From Narcine bancroftii (taxonomy: Eukaryota): a stretch of DNA of 64,000 bases. Position 1 is the first letter of the stretch. Each line of letters starts with the position of its first letter. A model generated the notes under the pieces. The model had not been told where the DNA came from, searched no databases, and was given only the letters and a program-made list of their open reading frames with translations. Of this stretch, positions 12,982 to 26,502 are shown piece by piece. Location of the stretch: positions 85,312,001 through 85,376,000 of the forward strand of contig NC_091478.1 of NCBI RefSeq assembly GCF_036971445.1, in the 5' to 3' direction. Position numbers and translations under genes: made by a program.

Positions 12982-15900
12982 TATACAACATCCACTGCGC
13001 ATCTCCCTTGTCTAGTCTACTTGTGGTTTCCTCAAAAAATTGCAGTAGGTTTGACAAGCAAGCTTTTCCCTGTTGGAAACCATGCTGACTTTGTCCTAGC
13101 ACCAAAAATTTAACCATTTTGCAATCATGTAAATACCTTTTCGTGACTTGTCAAGAGGACATTCTAGATTAAAGGTGGAATAGATGCATCACTCATTTCA
13201 GAGACCAAAGACTTCTTTCAGCATAATAAAATGCTTAAAATTGCAAAGCTAATAAATATTAGGAGCCAAAGCTGATTTTAGTACAATAAATTATTAAGCA
13301 AAATTAAAATCTGTTTTTGATATCCTTCAAAAAGGAAACAGATTGAGGTAAACTACAGTCTAACAAAGATCTTTAACGGTTACACAAGATAGAGCCAAGG
13401 CTGGTAGAAAATATTGTGATTCAAGATAAAAAATAATATTCATTGAAATTATTTGAACTTAAGCAATTATATCACCTGAAATTTAGTGATTTACCCAAAA
13501 GATAATAAGTTGGATGTAAGCTGTTGAAATGTTTCAATAAAAAGGATGCAATATTCTCCAGATAGTCTGGTACAGGAATTCACGTTTGGGTCAACCTGAA
13601 AATGCCTTTCAATCAGTCAGCAATTTATTACACATCACACGAAAAACATCAAGTTCAGAGCTGAAGCTGTGCATAAGATAACAAAAGCTGAAGACCGTCT
13701 TCTCATTTTTATTTCTGAACAAGGATATGCTTTTGAAATAAAGCATTCTCTGCAATATTTTGACAGATAAAGGAGTTGATTCCTTCTATTCACCCTCCCA
13801 CTGAGAGAATGCCTGTCTTTCTGTTTACTCCTACTCAAAGAGAAGCAATGCATCTTTCACACAATAATTTGCAATAACATTGCAAATACCCAGCAGAGAC
13901 TGAACAAATAAACGGTCTCCAATTAGTGTCAGAACACAAACTTCATCAACACCAGCAAACGAGATTGTCAGAGAGGGAGGTTTGAATAACATGCCAATAT
14001 CATATCCACAATTGCAACAAACACGATGACTTCAAATTTTGTAGGTTCATGTAACACTATATTCTAACTCATCTGAACACAAGTAGAAAGTAGCTTTACA
14101 ATTGTTCAGACATTTTCCAATGTATTTTAAAAATAAACTATTCTATTCTTAATAGCTTTGCAAATATGGACATCATACTATCAGATGGCTCCAAATCTGA
14201 TCAGGTCACATGTCGATGTCTTACATGCCATTTCAGAAACCCATCTCTAAAATTGGTTGTATTCAAGAAACAACGATGAACTTTTATTTCATAACTGAGC
14301 AGAAAACATTACTTCCTGCAATCAGTGATCAGATTTACAAGTGAAATGAAACAGGTTGGCATTTTTTGAGCATGAGAAAATTGATGAGAGTCCAAAGGGG
14401 TGGACATGAAAAAAATGCACTTACGATATATTGAAAACATGAAAGACAAAAAGATATGCTACACTCCTTATCTAAAACTAAGAATGATATGGAACTATGG
14501 AAAACTATAGAATATATATATTGGATGAACATTTTAGCATAATGGAGCAAATAGCTTAAGTAAACAGTTAACAATCAGAGCTACTTTCCATTTAGGAACC
14601 AGAATAAACCTCTGAGACATTGTCTCTACATCGAGACAAATTGCCAGCAATTTTCACATTGCATTCTGATGATCTCCTGGCACTTGGGCAGGGAAGTCTT
14701 CATTAGAAACCTATGATCAACTGAGGTTAGCAGTTCTGCTCCACCAATTGCAGAGAATAGATAGTATCAACTAATGGAAATTTTACATTTTTAATGGAAT
14801 TAAGTTTATCAACAAAACATTTAAATTGATTATTGGTCTGAATCACACATGGAGCAATATAGTGTGATATGTTTCCTGACTTCGAGAACAGTGGACCAGA
14901 TGGATTTATGACTATTGCTTTCTGCAAACCAAAACCAAAATTGCTTTCTGCAAACCAGCTCAGCCTGCCATCCATTTTAATTTGGCAGAGTTGTTTAATA
15001 ACCTAATTTCTACATTGGTATTATAATTCAATTCTCCCAGCTCAGGCTCGACATGTCCAGAATTCGAGCTTGAGTGCAAACCTTCTTCTGGTCTCTGGAT
15101 GCTCCCATAAATTCCATTCACTTACAAACTTAATCATAAAAAAGAGCTCAAGTCGCACAAGGTGATGAAGATGGCGGGGAGGGGGTACTCAATGTGAAAA
15201 GGAAAGATTAGTTGATGCCAGATTTCTAATCCTAGTTCTGTGTCACTGTGGTCACATGGTCATGTTCTGCCTATTTGGAAAATTACAGCCACAAGGCTTG
15301 AGCTCAGTCATAGGAAGAGACAAATTAAAAATGGACTTTGGAGGGTTTTTAACTATGGAATTTAACATCCATCCTCCGTTTTTAAAATAATGGTTGGAAG
15401 AAAACAATGTATAACCTGCAATAATCAATCATTAAATTGTGCAATCTCATGAACCAAACTGAATCGCAAAGAGATTGAAAAGCACAAAACTTCTCCAATC
15501 AAAGCTGGCAGTACAAAGCACTGAAGTTTAAACGAGAAGGCCATGAGACAGTCGACAGGCGAGTAAACACACACACACACACAATCTAAAATGAAATAAT
15601 GGCATTTCCTTTTCAGAACATCCCAAATTGCTTTCAAGCTGATAAAGTATTTTTCAAGTGCAGTCAGTATGGCATTTTTGGAAAGGTGGCATCTAATTAA
15701 TACATGTTAAGCATGTATAATTTTACCCTGACAAAGGACAAAATGTCGGTTGTAGATCTTTACCTCCTATGGATGCTGCAGGACCTGCTGAGATTCTGTA
15801 TTAACTGAGATCATCTGACAATTATTTGTTCTGTCTGCCTTGGACACTGAAATCTCAAAGAAATAACTGAAGATTTATGAAGTATCCTCCATAATCCCAG

Positions 15901-17509
15901 ATAATCCCAAAGCACTTCATAGTCTTTTGAAGTGTAATTATTGTCATTTCCACACAAGGTTTTCCATCATATTGATGGAAAAATGAATGTTGGGCTGCTC
16001 TTCCTCAATTAGTGTCATAGGCCAGGGTTTATGCCTTACCCAACCAACGTCCTACCTTGACCCTGACAGCAGAACCTTAAATATTTTCATCAGGTTATCA
16101 GATACAAAACCATATTATTTCCAGAAATAAACTAGATTGCTATCTTTGAGTTATAGTTTAGTTTAAAAGTTCAAAAGAGCGCATTTGGTTCGTTTTAAAA
16201 CTTAATTTGTTGAGGTACAGTCAAAAACCACTTTTTCATCAAATATCTTTTAAACCTGGTTTCTTTGCTCCACTTAAACTCATATTTTTTCAAAATCCAG
16301 TTTGTGGAAGATATATTACTGCTGTCATCAGGCACTGACAATTCAAATGAAGTCTTTTGGCACAGTGTAATCAGGCAAATCAGACTGACTTGGGAAAAAT
16401 GAGAACAGTATTCCTCAAGGTGGAGCTCACCAAATCCCTCATTTTGTTGTTCCCACTTTAAAAATCAACCAAGAACTCATTCAACCACTCAAGAGCATTT
16501 CTGAACTACAAAGAGTACTTCATATTTTTCAACTGATGTGTTTGACTCAAAGTTTAATATCCATATCTTCCAAATAACTATGCCTTTCTTGTCCAAATCC
16601 CAGAATAATTTTCAGTTCTATGCTACAGGTGGTGTTTAGCCACCTTTTAAACCCCTTGTAGTCTTATCCATCTGTACCAGTCATTCAGACAGACACACAA
16701 CAGATAGTTTTCGCAAACATTTCTTTCTCATTACAAAATGTTTAAATGACCATTCAATCCATGAGTGTTAGTGTGATCCTGCTGATTGCATTTCTGCCCA
16801 AATGAACATGCATCTTTCAAAGGTCTTCTGTAATGAAATTTAACCACACTTGTCTGATTTTGACATTTATCTGAGGAAGCTACAGTACAAACACATGCAG
16901 AACTCAAAGATTTACACTGACTTGATAATTATTCACCATGCACTTTTCTATCATCCATAAAATTTCAGATAAGCTAAAGAAAGCACATCTCAACAGTGTA
17001 AAAGCAACAGATTTGCTAATAGAATACCGCAGAAATGCTGATTCCACATGGTTGTACAAACCATGCAAACCATGGTTTGACAGTGGAAAACACAGAAAAT
17101 CATAACATACACATCTGCACTCCTGCACAATTGTTAACAGAAAGGAACACTGAAAAAGATGTAGCAAGGCTAGCCACCTGATAATGAAAATTAGGCCACT
17201 GAACTATTTGATCCCAAAAGCTGAATTAATGATTTTTTAAAAAAACACATGAATCGATGTGGCCAATGTATGCAATTTTCTTAAGGTAGATTAAACCTTA
17301 AGAAAAATGTAGTATGGACCCATGGTTGACAAATGGGAAAACAGACCCAAATTTCTATAGGGAGTTTGGGAAGGAAAAAAGTACTGAAGGTGTACATACA
17401 GTTCAAGTATTTTCTGTCTGGTCTCAAACTACTAAGGCAATCCAAATTAGCTTCTCCACATGATGTACTCTTTTTCAAATTACATCCCACTTACATACAA
17501 ATTAAGATA

Positions 17510-17734
17510 GAGTCAAAATCCCCAGATTCTGGCACCTGTGGGGATTGGCAGATGCCTGATAAGTGAATTTTCTGGTTATATGAAATTGTGTGTTGTGATT
17601 GGCGAACTAACCATTCAGGGGCACCAATTTTAAACTTTGTTTTTTTTTAAACCTATATTTATTTTCTGTGATTTTTTTTGCCAGCTGATTGAGGCTGGCA
17701 GTTACTAGAATCCCAGATAACTGGGATTTTACTG
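17510..17734. mobile_element. Tc1/Tigger-type MITE (same family as 6313-6527, opposite orientation)
   Basis: Ends AAAATCCCCAG..TCTGG / CCAGATAACTGGGATTTTACTG-TA; interior similar to the reverse complement of 6313-6527. Confidence 0.55.
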
Positions 17735-17903
17735 TAGTACCAAATAATAACTGAACTGCCTCCATTTTTCTAAAGTGGTCAAAATCTACCAATAGAAATA
17801 TTAAAACAATGAGTTAAAAGATGATGTAGCATGAAGAACTTAAAAAAACAAATAGCTGAAGTTCTTTATCCACGTGCATTTAATTTTAATGGAATATACC
17901 CAC

Positions 17904-18013
17904 CTGCAGAAATGGCCAATTCTATGTTGTTGTTAAACCGTCTCAAGCATAGAATACAGATATCCAATAAACCTTCTTTGTTGAAGATGGATACTGCCCT
18001 GCTGCTGCTTTCA
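17904..18013 (-). CDS. HEATR3: HEATR3 coding exon 5 (110 nt)
   Basis: ttctAAG acceptor, GTGGGT donor; (C)[36 protein letters not shown]. Confidence 0.95.
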
Positions 18014-20097
18014 CTTAGAAAGCAAAAGAAAAATGCCCAATCATATTACAATATCTTTCCTTAGTTAAGATTCCTCCATTTTGCATACAAATCTACCCCC
18101 CCCCCCCCCACCCCAACCACCCATCAAATTAGTCTTACAGAATAAGATACCACATCGTCAGGCATATTTCTCTCCAGCACAGATTAAATGCAGTCAAGAA
18201 AAAAACTATTTGTAGCAAAATAATGTACATTTAATTATAAAAAAATGTGATGCACGTTACATGCAAGCATCTTATCACAGAAGCATCAATCCTAGCAGAA
18301 CCCAACAAATAACAGTCCCAGATAAGAGATAGCCAACTGCTGGAATCTGAATCTGTACCTCCTACGTTTACAAGAAAATGAGGGGTTGACCAGAGATTCA
18401 CTGAGAGAGTGGTCTCTGTAGAAAGCAGAAATAAGATAAAGCAAGCAGCTGGTGATGGAATCCTGTTAGAGCTGGTGGATGTGGCAAAAAATAATGCTTG
18501 CTGTGGATGGTAATAGGTGGAGAGTCAAGGATCAAGGGAACTCCATCACTATTCTGTGTGGAGGCAAGAACAGAAGTATGGGAAATGAATAAATGAAAGG
18601 ACTCCAACAATGGAAGAGGGGAAGCCATGAGGAGGAAGACATTTTAGAAGGGGATTGACAAATGGTGGGGGTGTGTGCCTAAGACTTTACTAGCCCGACC
18701 AGTGTCCAGACAGTCCCACGTCTGCCACAAGGGCATCCCACCTAGGGAGCCGAAAATGGGGGAAACCTCAGGTGGGCATGTAGGTGGTCACTGTGAGATA
18801 ATAGAGCCCCAAGACTAAACAGGTAAGGGGCTAAATGGGTGAGAAGACCGACCCCACAAGCTGCCAGGCAAACGTCTCCTACTGCTTCAGTTGGGAGATG
18901 AGGGGCTCCCAATTCCCTTCTCTCTCATGCGGACATGAGCGCTCCTGACAACAGTGAGCCACTTCGGCAGGTCGTGACGGCAGCACAATGCAGGATGAAT
19001 GGCCATCTTTGTTAACCATAATCCCTCACACAGCTGGATTTCCCAGAGTGGTTCCAGCTGTGCAAGGGATTATGGGAAATGAAGTCAGCCATTCATCCAG
19101 CATTGTGCCGCCGTTGCAATATGCTGAAGCGTGGTGGGGGGGGGAGAGGTGCATGGGCAGGAAGCCGTTGGTGGGGTGGGGGAAGAAGAAGCGTAACGCA
19201 TCATCAATTTGGACTGCGCTTTGAAAGGCTCGGGAGGTCCTGAATTCCCAGGAATTTCACTGTGACAAAGTAGGGTCACCTGCATTATGAAAATGGCTAG
19301 TGACAGTGTCACCCCAGAACTCACATTAACAGAAAATGGGATGGGGGTGGGGGCTTTTATTTAAAAACACTAAATTAGCTAGCCTTCAGTCCTGACTCCT
19401 CCTGGTTATTGTTACAGGGATCCACACAGGCACTTGTGGCACCCGTTTGAAGAGGACGCAAGCAGGAACAGCATCCTGATGCCAAACGACACCCCAGACA
19501 AACGTAGCGCTCCATGTGCACCTGGATACATGACTGCTGGCCAGCTCTCCTTGCCTCACCACAGGATAGCATGGCAATGGGCACCTGGGCTCTGTGTTTA
19601 GGGAGCACTCAAGCCTGAGGCCAAGGCATGGGATATGCAAGCCAGGAGGGGGCTCTGGCACCTGATGGATGACCTTGCATGGTCTGCTCGCAAACATTGG
19701 TGGTAAGGGTGCTCACATTTGCCAGCCAAGCCAGAGAAACTGGGTATACAAGCTGGTAACGAAACAAATTTCTTTTTCTACCCTCCCCTCTGACACTGGG
19801 AACAGTTTTGACAGCACCCTGTTCCATCAGTAACACAGCGGCCCACTTTGGTCGGGTTGGGTGGGGGGGGGGGGGGGGGCACTGGTGAGGTGCTCTCATT
19901 GAATATGATTATATGCCTTGTTCAGCATTTGGAAGTCACTTGTGTATATGTTGATCCGCTTGATTTTTATTGTTTTAAATTTCTTTTTTTATATATAAAA
20001 ACACATCCTTTTGTTTTTATTTAAGTTATTACATGTACATAAGTCATTGATTGGCATCATAATAACTCCAGAGTGATGTAGCTTCCGAGGGGTGGAA

Positions 20098-20774
20098 TGT
20101 TGTGTGTGGAGGAAATGTGCCCCCCCCCCCTCAATACATCCCTCCCAGTCTAGAATGTATTCGGAAGTCACACCACCTGTCAGTCAAGGTTGGACTCCGA
20201 CCACTAATTAGTGCACACCTTACCATTGGCTAATTCAAATCACTCAGCATCACCATTGGCTAGACACACAGATTAGTGGTGTATTTAGCACCAGCAGAGA
20301 GAACATTTCCCTCCCTCTGCCTCATGGTGATAGCCCCAGTCACCATTCCATGCCAGGTCACTACTGTGGACGTTTCTTGGAAGGGTCGCAGGTAAGGTAA
20401 GCCATGGTATCACTATAGTTCAAATTGTTATCGATCGATACTTGCAGTAGAGCTGCACCTCCCAATGATCAGGGGTCCAGGAGTGTGCGTATACCCCTGT
20501 GGGTACTGTTTGTGCCAGAGCTGCCTTCCATCTATCAGGGAGGGTGTGTACTACCCCTGCTTATAGTGTGCGAATGTCAGCACCACCTGTGTAAATTAGT
20601 CACTGTGAACTGTTTAACCTTGACCTCTCATCTTTTATGAATTGTGCTTGTTTTATTCCCGTTACGATTTTCCCATGCTGTTGGGTGTTAATAAAATCTG
20701 TGTGCGATTGCAAACCCTTGTGTCCACACTAGTCTCTCTGTGAACCAAATCTGATACTTTTTCTCAGCATAACA
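20098..20774 (+). mobile_element. Solo LTR
   Basis: TGTTGTG...CATAACA termini; internal AATAAA near the 3' end; TSD not evident. Confidence 0.5.
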
Positions 20775-21304
20775 GGGTCAGGGGAGGGGGTGGGGGAATC
20801 AGAGGAGGGAGAGTGACAGAGGGGAGAGGGGTTCAGAGTGGAGGGAGGCCATGGGGGGAGGGGAGGGGAGAGAAAGAGAGAGAAAGGTCAGAGTAGAATG
20901 AGAGGTTAGGGGAGAGAGCAAGAGAGAGTGCAAGAGAGCGACAGAGAAACAGGTCAAGGGTGGTTCAGAGCTATGTGATCAAAGGAGGGCAGTGGATGCA
21001 AGGGGAAGATGGGAGGATGAAGGGGGAGAATGAGCAAGGCAGAGGTCTTGATTTGGGCAGGAGAGCAAAGGACCCCACTCCCCTCCCCACCATGGTCTTT
21101 TGGAGACTTAGACATGGAGTGCGGTTGGGGAATAATGAGACAACTGGTAACCAAACAGGAAGAAATACTTTTTGTGGTTTAGGTGTCTGAATATTACCCA
21201 TTACTGTCCAGCTCAGGCATTAGCAAGTATTCCACTGAGTTGTTTCAAAGATGCCTGGAACAAGAACATTGATCTGAAAACCACGTGCGTGCTACCCAAC
21301 TTGT

Positions 21305-21913
21305 GTTATTGGCGGGGTGCGTGACACCATCGGGGGTGGGGGACACTAAAATAACTGTCTAAAATTTTTGTGCAGTGTTTCAGCAGAAATTTATTATTTT
21401 TATAAAAATATTCTTGTCGTGAGTTATAAACAACAAAAACATTTTTGTAAGCCCAGCTTATATATCAATATACCTAAAAGGCTAAAACACAATGCTAATG
21501 AACTTTTTGAACTTTCTAATGCGCTCTGGTCAGAGCCGTCGTGATTACCCAATTACAATGACGCTTGGAATCACGTGGTTTCATCTGCACGCACTACTGG
21601 GGTTTTTATAGTCGCTGCTTTTGTCAAATTTTCTGGTGATTTAGCTACAATATTGTGGTAATTAGTATTTGTTAAACTTATGATATTGTAATTTAAAGGT
21701 GTCATTTTAATTTTGCGAGTTGTTTATCTCACGACTATGGCCGTTACATTCTGTGATGTAAGGGAATTACGATTTACATTAGTTCAAAAAATATTACTAA
21801 GGATTCTGCATGGTCTGGTACAAGAGGGGGTCTTTGGGGGAGGGACGGGGTGGTGGGTTGGGTGACACAATGAATTGCCAAACTGGGTGACACCAACCCT
21901 AGTGATGCCACTG
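21305..21913. mobile_element. Non-autonomous DNA transposon (hAT-like), 5' end eroded
   Basis: Right end GGTGACACCAACCCTAGTGATGCCACTG; GTGACAC subterminal motifs at both ends. Confidence 0.4.
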
Positions 21914-22368
21914 TGCTATCCACAATTTTTTTTTTATCCGGAGATCAATAAATGGAAAGTAGTCATCAACACACCCATTTTTCTCCCATTCTCAAAACAG
22001 GTCAAGTACCTTACCCCCCAGCTCGGGTATTCCAATTACAGTATTTCGTTACAAATTATTAAATAATTTATTAGAATGCATAATTAATTCATAGGAAATG
22101 AAATGTAATTTCTACCAAAAGTTATCACTGATGTCATCGGTTCTGCTCAGATATATTTAATGATTTACTGCAAAAACTAGATTTTGTTCAGAGCTCAGCA
22201 TTCTTTATGTAACAAACTATACATTACAATGTTTCAGGCCTGAGCCTTAATGTTTGAGAAAAAAAAGCAGGTAGGCCCTGAAAATTGTTTGCGTAAATGC
22301 CAATCATAGTCAGACTTGTTTAACTTTGTTCATAGCTAACGTTTGAAACAAAAGATGAACAAACTCAC

Positions 22369-22481
22369 CACAAATTCCAGAGAAGGTGGATGGCCTCATT
22401 GGATACATCTTCTATGAGATTTTTATCAGAGGCTTGCTTATTTTCAGGGTTGACCACATCAGTATCTAATCCTTTACAACA
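22369..22481 (-). CDS. HEATR3: HEATR3 coding exon 4 (113 nt)
   Basis: CAG acceptor, GTGAGT donor; CCKGLDTDVVNPENKQASDKNLIEDVSNEAIHLLWNL(C). Confidence 0.95.
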
Positions 22482-22813
22482 CTGCCGACAAGAAACAAAA
22501 CCAACTCTTTCTTTGCACAAAGAGCAAAATTGTATAAAGTTGTCAATTGGTTCAAAAGGCAGAGTCTGAATCAAAGAATAAGCTTTTCAACATTTTTCCA
22601 CAAAGCAGTTTTCCATTCTCAATTGTGCAGATTATAGTAGGGACACATAACACCTGTGAAACACCACCCTCCTTCCAGGCATTGACATAAAGGCCAATGA
22701 ATAATATTCCTTACATTTTCAGATGTTAGCACAGTAAGAAGTCTTCATGGGGAAAAAAAATGACAAAACCACACCATCAAGTAGAATTAGTTTTTTTTAC
22801 ATGAAGAATTTAC

Positions 22814-22901
22814 CTCCTTCAGCAGTGCAGCAAGGGGGGTCAAAACATCATGGTTCACCATCTCATCACAAACATCATATCCTCCACATGCGCTAAGATT
22901 T
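22814..22901 (-). CDS. HEATR3: HEATR3 coding exon 3 (88 nt)
   Basis: CAG acceptor, GTAAAT donor; [29 protein letters not shown]. Confidence 0.95.
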
Positions 22902-22959
22902 CTGTCATGAAGAGAAAATTCTTATTGGTGAAACTCAAGTTTGTAATCAGTGTGATTGT

Positions 22960-23740
22960 TGTAAAAACACAAAAATGCTGGAGGAACTCGGTTGGTCACA
23001 GAGCGTCCGTAGGAGGTAAAGGTAAACCTTTCGGGCCTGAACCCTTCTTCAAGGTATATGCAGAAAGCAGGCAGGTGCCCGAATCAAAAAAGGTTGGAGC
23101 AGGAAGGAAGGAAGGGCAGGGGTCGGAGCACAGGGCAACAGACAAAACCATTATTAGACATGGATGGAAGAATGAGAGGAAAGGTGAGCAAGGTCAGGGG
23201 TGTAGCTTTGTGAATGGAGAGCTGGAGGAAAGGAGAGAGAGTCATAGCTAGATGAGTGGAAACATAGGGATGGGGGAAGAGGAGGGACAGAGAGGGAGAA
23301 GGAAGGGGAGAGATGGGGAGCTAACAGAAACTGAAGGCGGATGATAATGCCGTCTGGTTGGAGGGTGCCCCGATGGAACACAAAGCGTTGTTCCTTCAAT
23401 TTGCAGGTACTCAGTCTGACAGTGCATGAGACCAGAGACAAACATGTCAGCATGGGAATGGGGGTGAAGATTTGAAATGGGTGGCAACCGGGAGATCCCC
23501 GCTATTGCAACAGACAGAACAAAGGCGCTCAATGAAGTGATCTCCCAGTCTGCGTCCAGTCTCTCCAATGTAGAGGAGGCCACAAAGGCTTCCTCCACCA
23601 GCCTTTTTATTCAGACACCTGTCTGCTTTTTGCTCATGCCTTGAAGAAGGGCTCAGGCTCAAAACATTGGTTATACATCTTTGCCTCCTAATGATGCAGC
23701 GTGAACTGCTGAGTCCCTACAGCATTTTTGTGTTTTTAAT
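22960..23740 (-). mobile_element. Penelope-like (GIY-YIG) element fragment with inverted terminal pseudo-LTR
   Basis: LYIGETGRRLGDHF and GTLQPDG motifs; 23600-23737 is an inverted copy of 22962-23092. Confidence 0.8.
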
Positions 23741-24029
23741 AATTCCTATAACTTGCCAGTTAAACAGGAAAAGTCTGCAGATGCTGTGATTGTAGGGCAA
23801 TATAATAAGTGCTGGAGAAACGCAAGCAGATATTAGTTGCTCCAGTTTTTAAATAGCACTTTAAAAAAAAGCCTTAAAAATTAAAATGACAATTTTACTC
23901 TTCCCTTCAAAAAAATCTTCCCATCTGATCTACAAATAGAATTGTGAAGTTGACAAGTATCATTCCTTATGATTTAAGATGACTATACCGGAAGACAATA
24001 CATTTGTTGCTGAAAGTAAATAACAAAAA

Positions 24030-25320
24030 TCCATAGACTCCATGGTTGACGTAAAAAATACAAAATGCGGGAGAAGCTCAGCAGGTCCAACAATTTCCTT
24101 TATGTAGCAAAAGTAAAGATACAAAACCGACATTTAGGGCCTGAGCACTTCATTAAAGTATGAGAAAATGCCGGCAGTTCTCCAAAAAAAGTGGGGGGGG
24201 GGGGGGGGTGAGAATGTGGGTTGGCAAAGGCAGGATATGATAGGTGGAGAAAGGAGGGAGGGGACAGCAGCAATGAGGGGGAGGAGGGATGGCAGGGGGG
24301 GTGGAAGAACTGGAAAGACAGGAAAAGGGGAGGGGAAAGAAAAGGCGAGCAGGTTTAATGGAAAGCAGTTAATCCCATCTTGCTGGAGGGTGCCCAGAAG
24401 AAGCACAAGATGTGGTTCCTCCAATCTGCAGGTGGTCAGGGTTTGATAGATCACAAGACCATGGACAGATGTGTGAATGTGACTCGGAATTGAAATGGTT
24501 TGCCACTGGGAGGTCACAAACACAGCAGAGGTGCTGAGCGAAGTGATCTCCCAGTCTGTGACCAGTCTCTCCAATGTAGAGAATGCCACAAAGGGTGCAC
24601 CACCTGCAGTAAATTAAGTCCTCTGGATGTACAAGTGAAGTGTTGCTTCACTTGAAAGGCCTGTTTGGGGCCCCGGACCATGGTGAAGGAGGAGGTGTGG
24701 GTGCAAGTGTTGCGCCTCCTGTGGGCACAGGGGAAGGTGCTGGGATGTGATGGGTGGGGAGGGATGAGTGCACAAGGGAATTGCAGAGGGAGTGGTCCCT
24801 GCGGAACGCCAAGAGGGGAGGAGAAGCAAAAATGTATACGGTGGTGGGATCCCGTAGTAAGTGCTGGAAATTCCAGCGCAAAATATCTTGGATGCAGAGG
24901 CTGGTGGGTGAGTTTGAGGGGAATTCTATGTTTGTTGCATCTGGAGGGAGAGGGGGCCAGGGAAGATGAGCAGGGCTGAGTTGATAGTGGTGGAGTCAAA
25001 GCCACGTTTGTGGAAGAAGGCAGACATTTCCAAAGATCTGAACTACAAGACCTCATCTTGGAGTCAGATGCGGTGAAGACTGAGAAATTGAGAGAAGGAG
25101 ATGGAATCCTTGCAGGGGGCAGGATGTGAGGAAGTGTTGTCAGAGATGGACCAGTTGAGTTTAACATCAGGGTGGAAGTTGGCCACAAAGTTGATGAAGT
25201 TGACAAGCTCATCTAGGGTGCATGAGGCAGCCCCAATGTAGTCGTCGATATATCAGAGAAAGAGTTGAGGGTCTTGCCTGTGTAGGCTCACATCATGGAT
25301 TGCTCCACAAAGCCCACTTA
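24030..25320 (-). mobile_element. Penelope-like element, RT 3' half + GIY-YIG remnant
   Basis: YIDDY-like RT motif (~25245), IPFSQF-like, AFRRDHSLCNSLVHSSLP, GPKQAFQVKQHFTCTS, GTLQQDG. Confidence 0.82.
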
Positions 25321-25497
25321 AGACAGAGAGATTTGTTGTTAAAATGTTAACAGCCAACAATTTTTTTTTCAAGAAACTGGAATTTATAATTGTTTAATTT
25401 GGAACATTCATATTCTTACTTGTTTGAATAAAATATTTCATATTAATTGTTTAAAAAAAACAATTTGATTTGATGCCTGCAATCATTTAGCACTAAC

Positions 25498-25670
25498 CTG
25501 AGCGCACCAGCAGCTGTCTCCCTGACACCAACACTGGGATCAAGCAACATTGGTCCCAAACATCGAATGACATCTTTTTGCAGAAATGAAGGGATCATCT
25601 TTTTCTCCTGGACAAGTTTTGAAATACTTGCACAGGCTAATTCTCGAACATCAGGAGACACACACTGTAA
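25498..25670 (-). CDS. HEATR3: HEATR3 coding exon 2 (173 nt)
   Basis: TAG acceptor, GTTAGT donor; LQCVSPDVRELACASISKLVQEKKMIPSFLQKDVIRCLGPMLLDPSVGVRETAAGALR (HEAT/ARM repeat). Confidence 0.96.
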
Positions 25671-26289
25671 CTACAAGGAAGGAATTTTAGTTCATCATGG
25701 CAGAAAAAATGAATTAAACTTGGCTATTTGCACAATGGACCCTCATTTATAGCGATCCACAGAAAAATAGTGACATTTTGTTTGGGTGTTTTCTGAGCCA
25801 ATACACAGAGTTTATTGTGGTAACCTTTCTTTAAAATGATAGTGTTCCCACTTAGAGTCTTAACATTCCTTTGCTCTTAGAAGCAACTTTTAAATGAAAA
25901 TCTTACTGATTATATAATCGAAACTTAACGTTGACTGATCTTAACACAGGAATTCTTTCAGATTGTATTCGGTAAGATAGCTTCCATGTGTATTAGAAAA
26001 GGACAAGTTAATAAAAATTCTGCAACTATTTTTCACCAGGAATAAAAAGTTAAGCTTTCTACAATTATTAATTTAGACTGCAAATAACATCCATGACAAA
26101 AAGTTGAAAACTTGCTTTATAAAACAAAATTGATTATCATCTGGGCTTCAATTGGTTGAAGGTATACATTTTTTTCTTTTTTTATTAAAAAATGCATCAG
26201 ATTAGACAAACGTCTAGTAATTGTTTTTGAATCAAGATTAAAGCTGGTGAATTTGTAATAGCTATTTGATCAGACTGATTTTATATTTT

Positions 26290-26502
26290 AAATTTAGACA
26301 TACAGCACAGGTGCCCATGCTGCCCAACTATACGCAATTATACTATAACCCTGGTACGTTTTGAAGGGTGGGAGGAAACCAGAGTGCCCGGAGGAAACCC
26401 ACGCAGACACGGGGAGAAGGTATAAACTCAATGAGAGATTCGAACCCTGATCACGGACACTGTTACTGCATTGCACTAACCACTACTCTAACTGTGTTGC
26501 CG
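26290..26502 (-). mobile_element. tRNA-derived SINE (V-SINE/HE1-like)
   Basis: GGTTCGAATC B-box-like head plus central TTCTCCCCGTGTCTGCGTGGGTTTCCTCCGGG..CTC.GGTTTCCTCCCAC; related copies at ~28220-28400, 42920-43120, 44680-44990, 57520-57660 and 62875-63115. Confidence 0.75.

Noticed and set aside
26430-26502. tRNA gene
   Set aside because: Only a decayed SINE head with a B-box-like motif; no cloverleaf.
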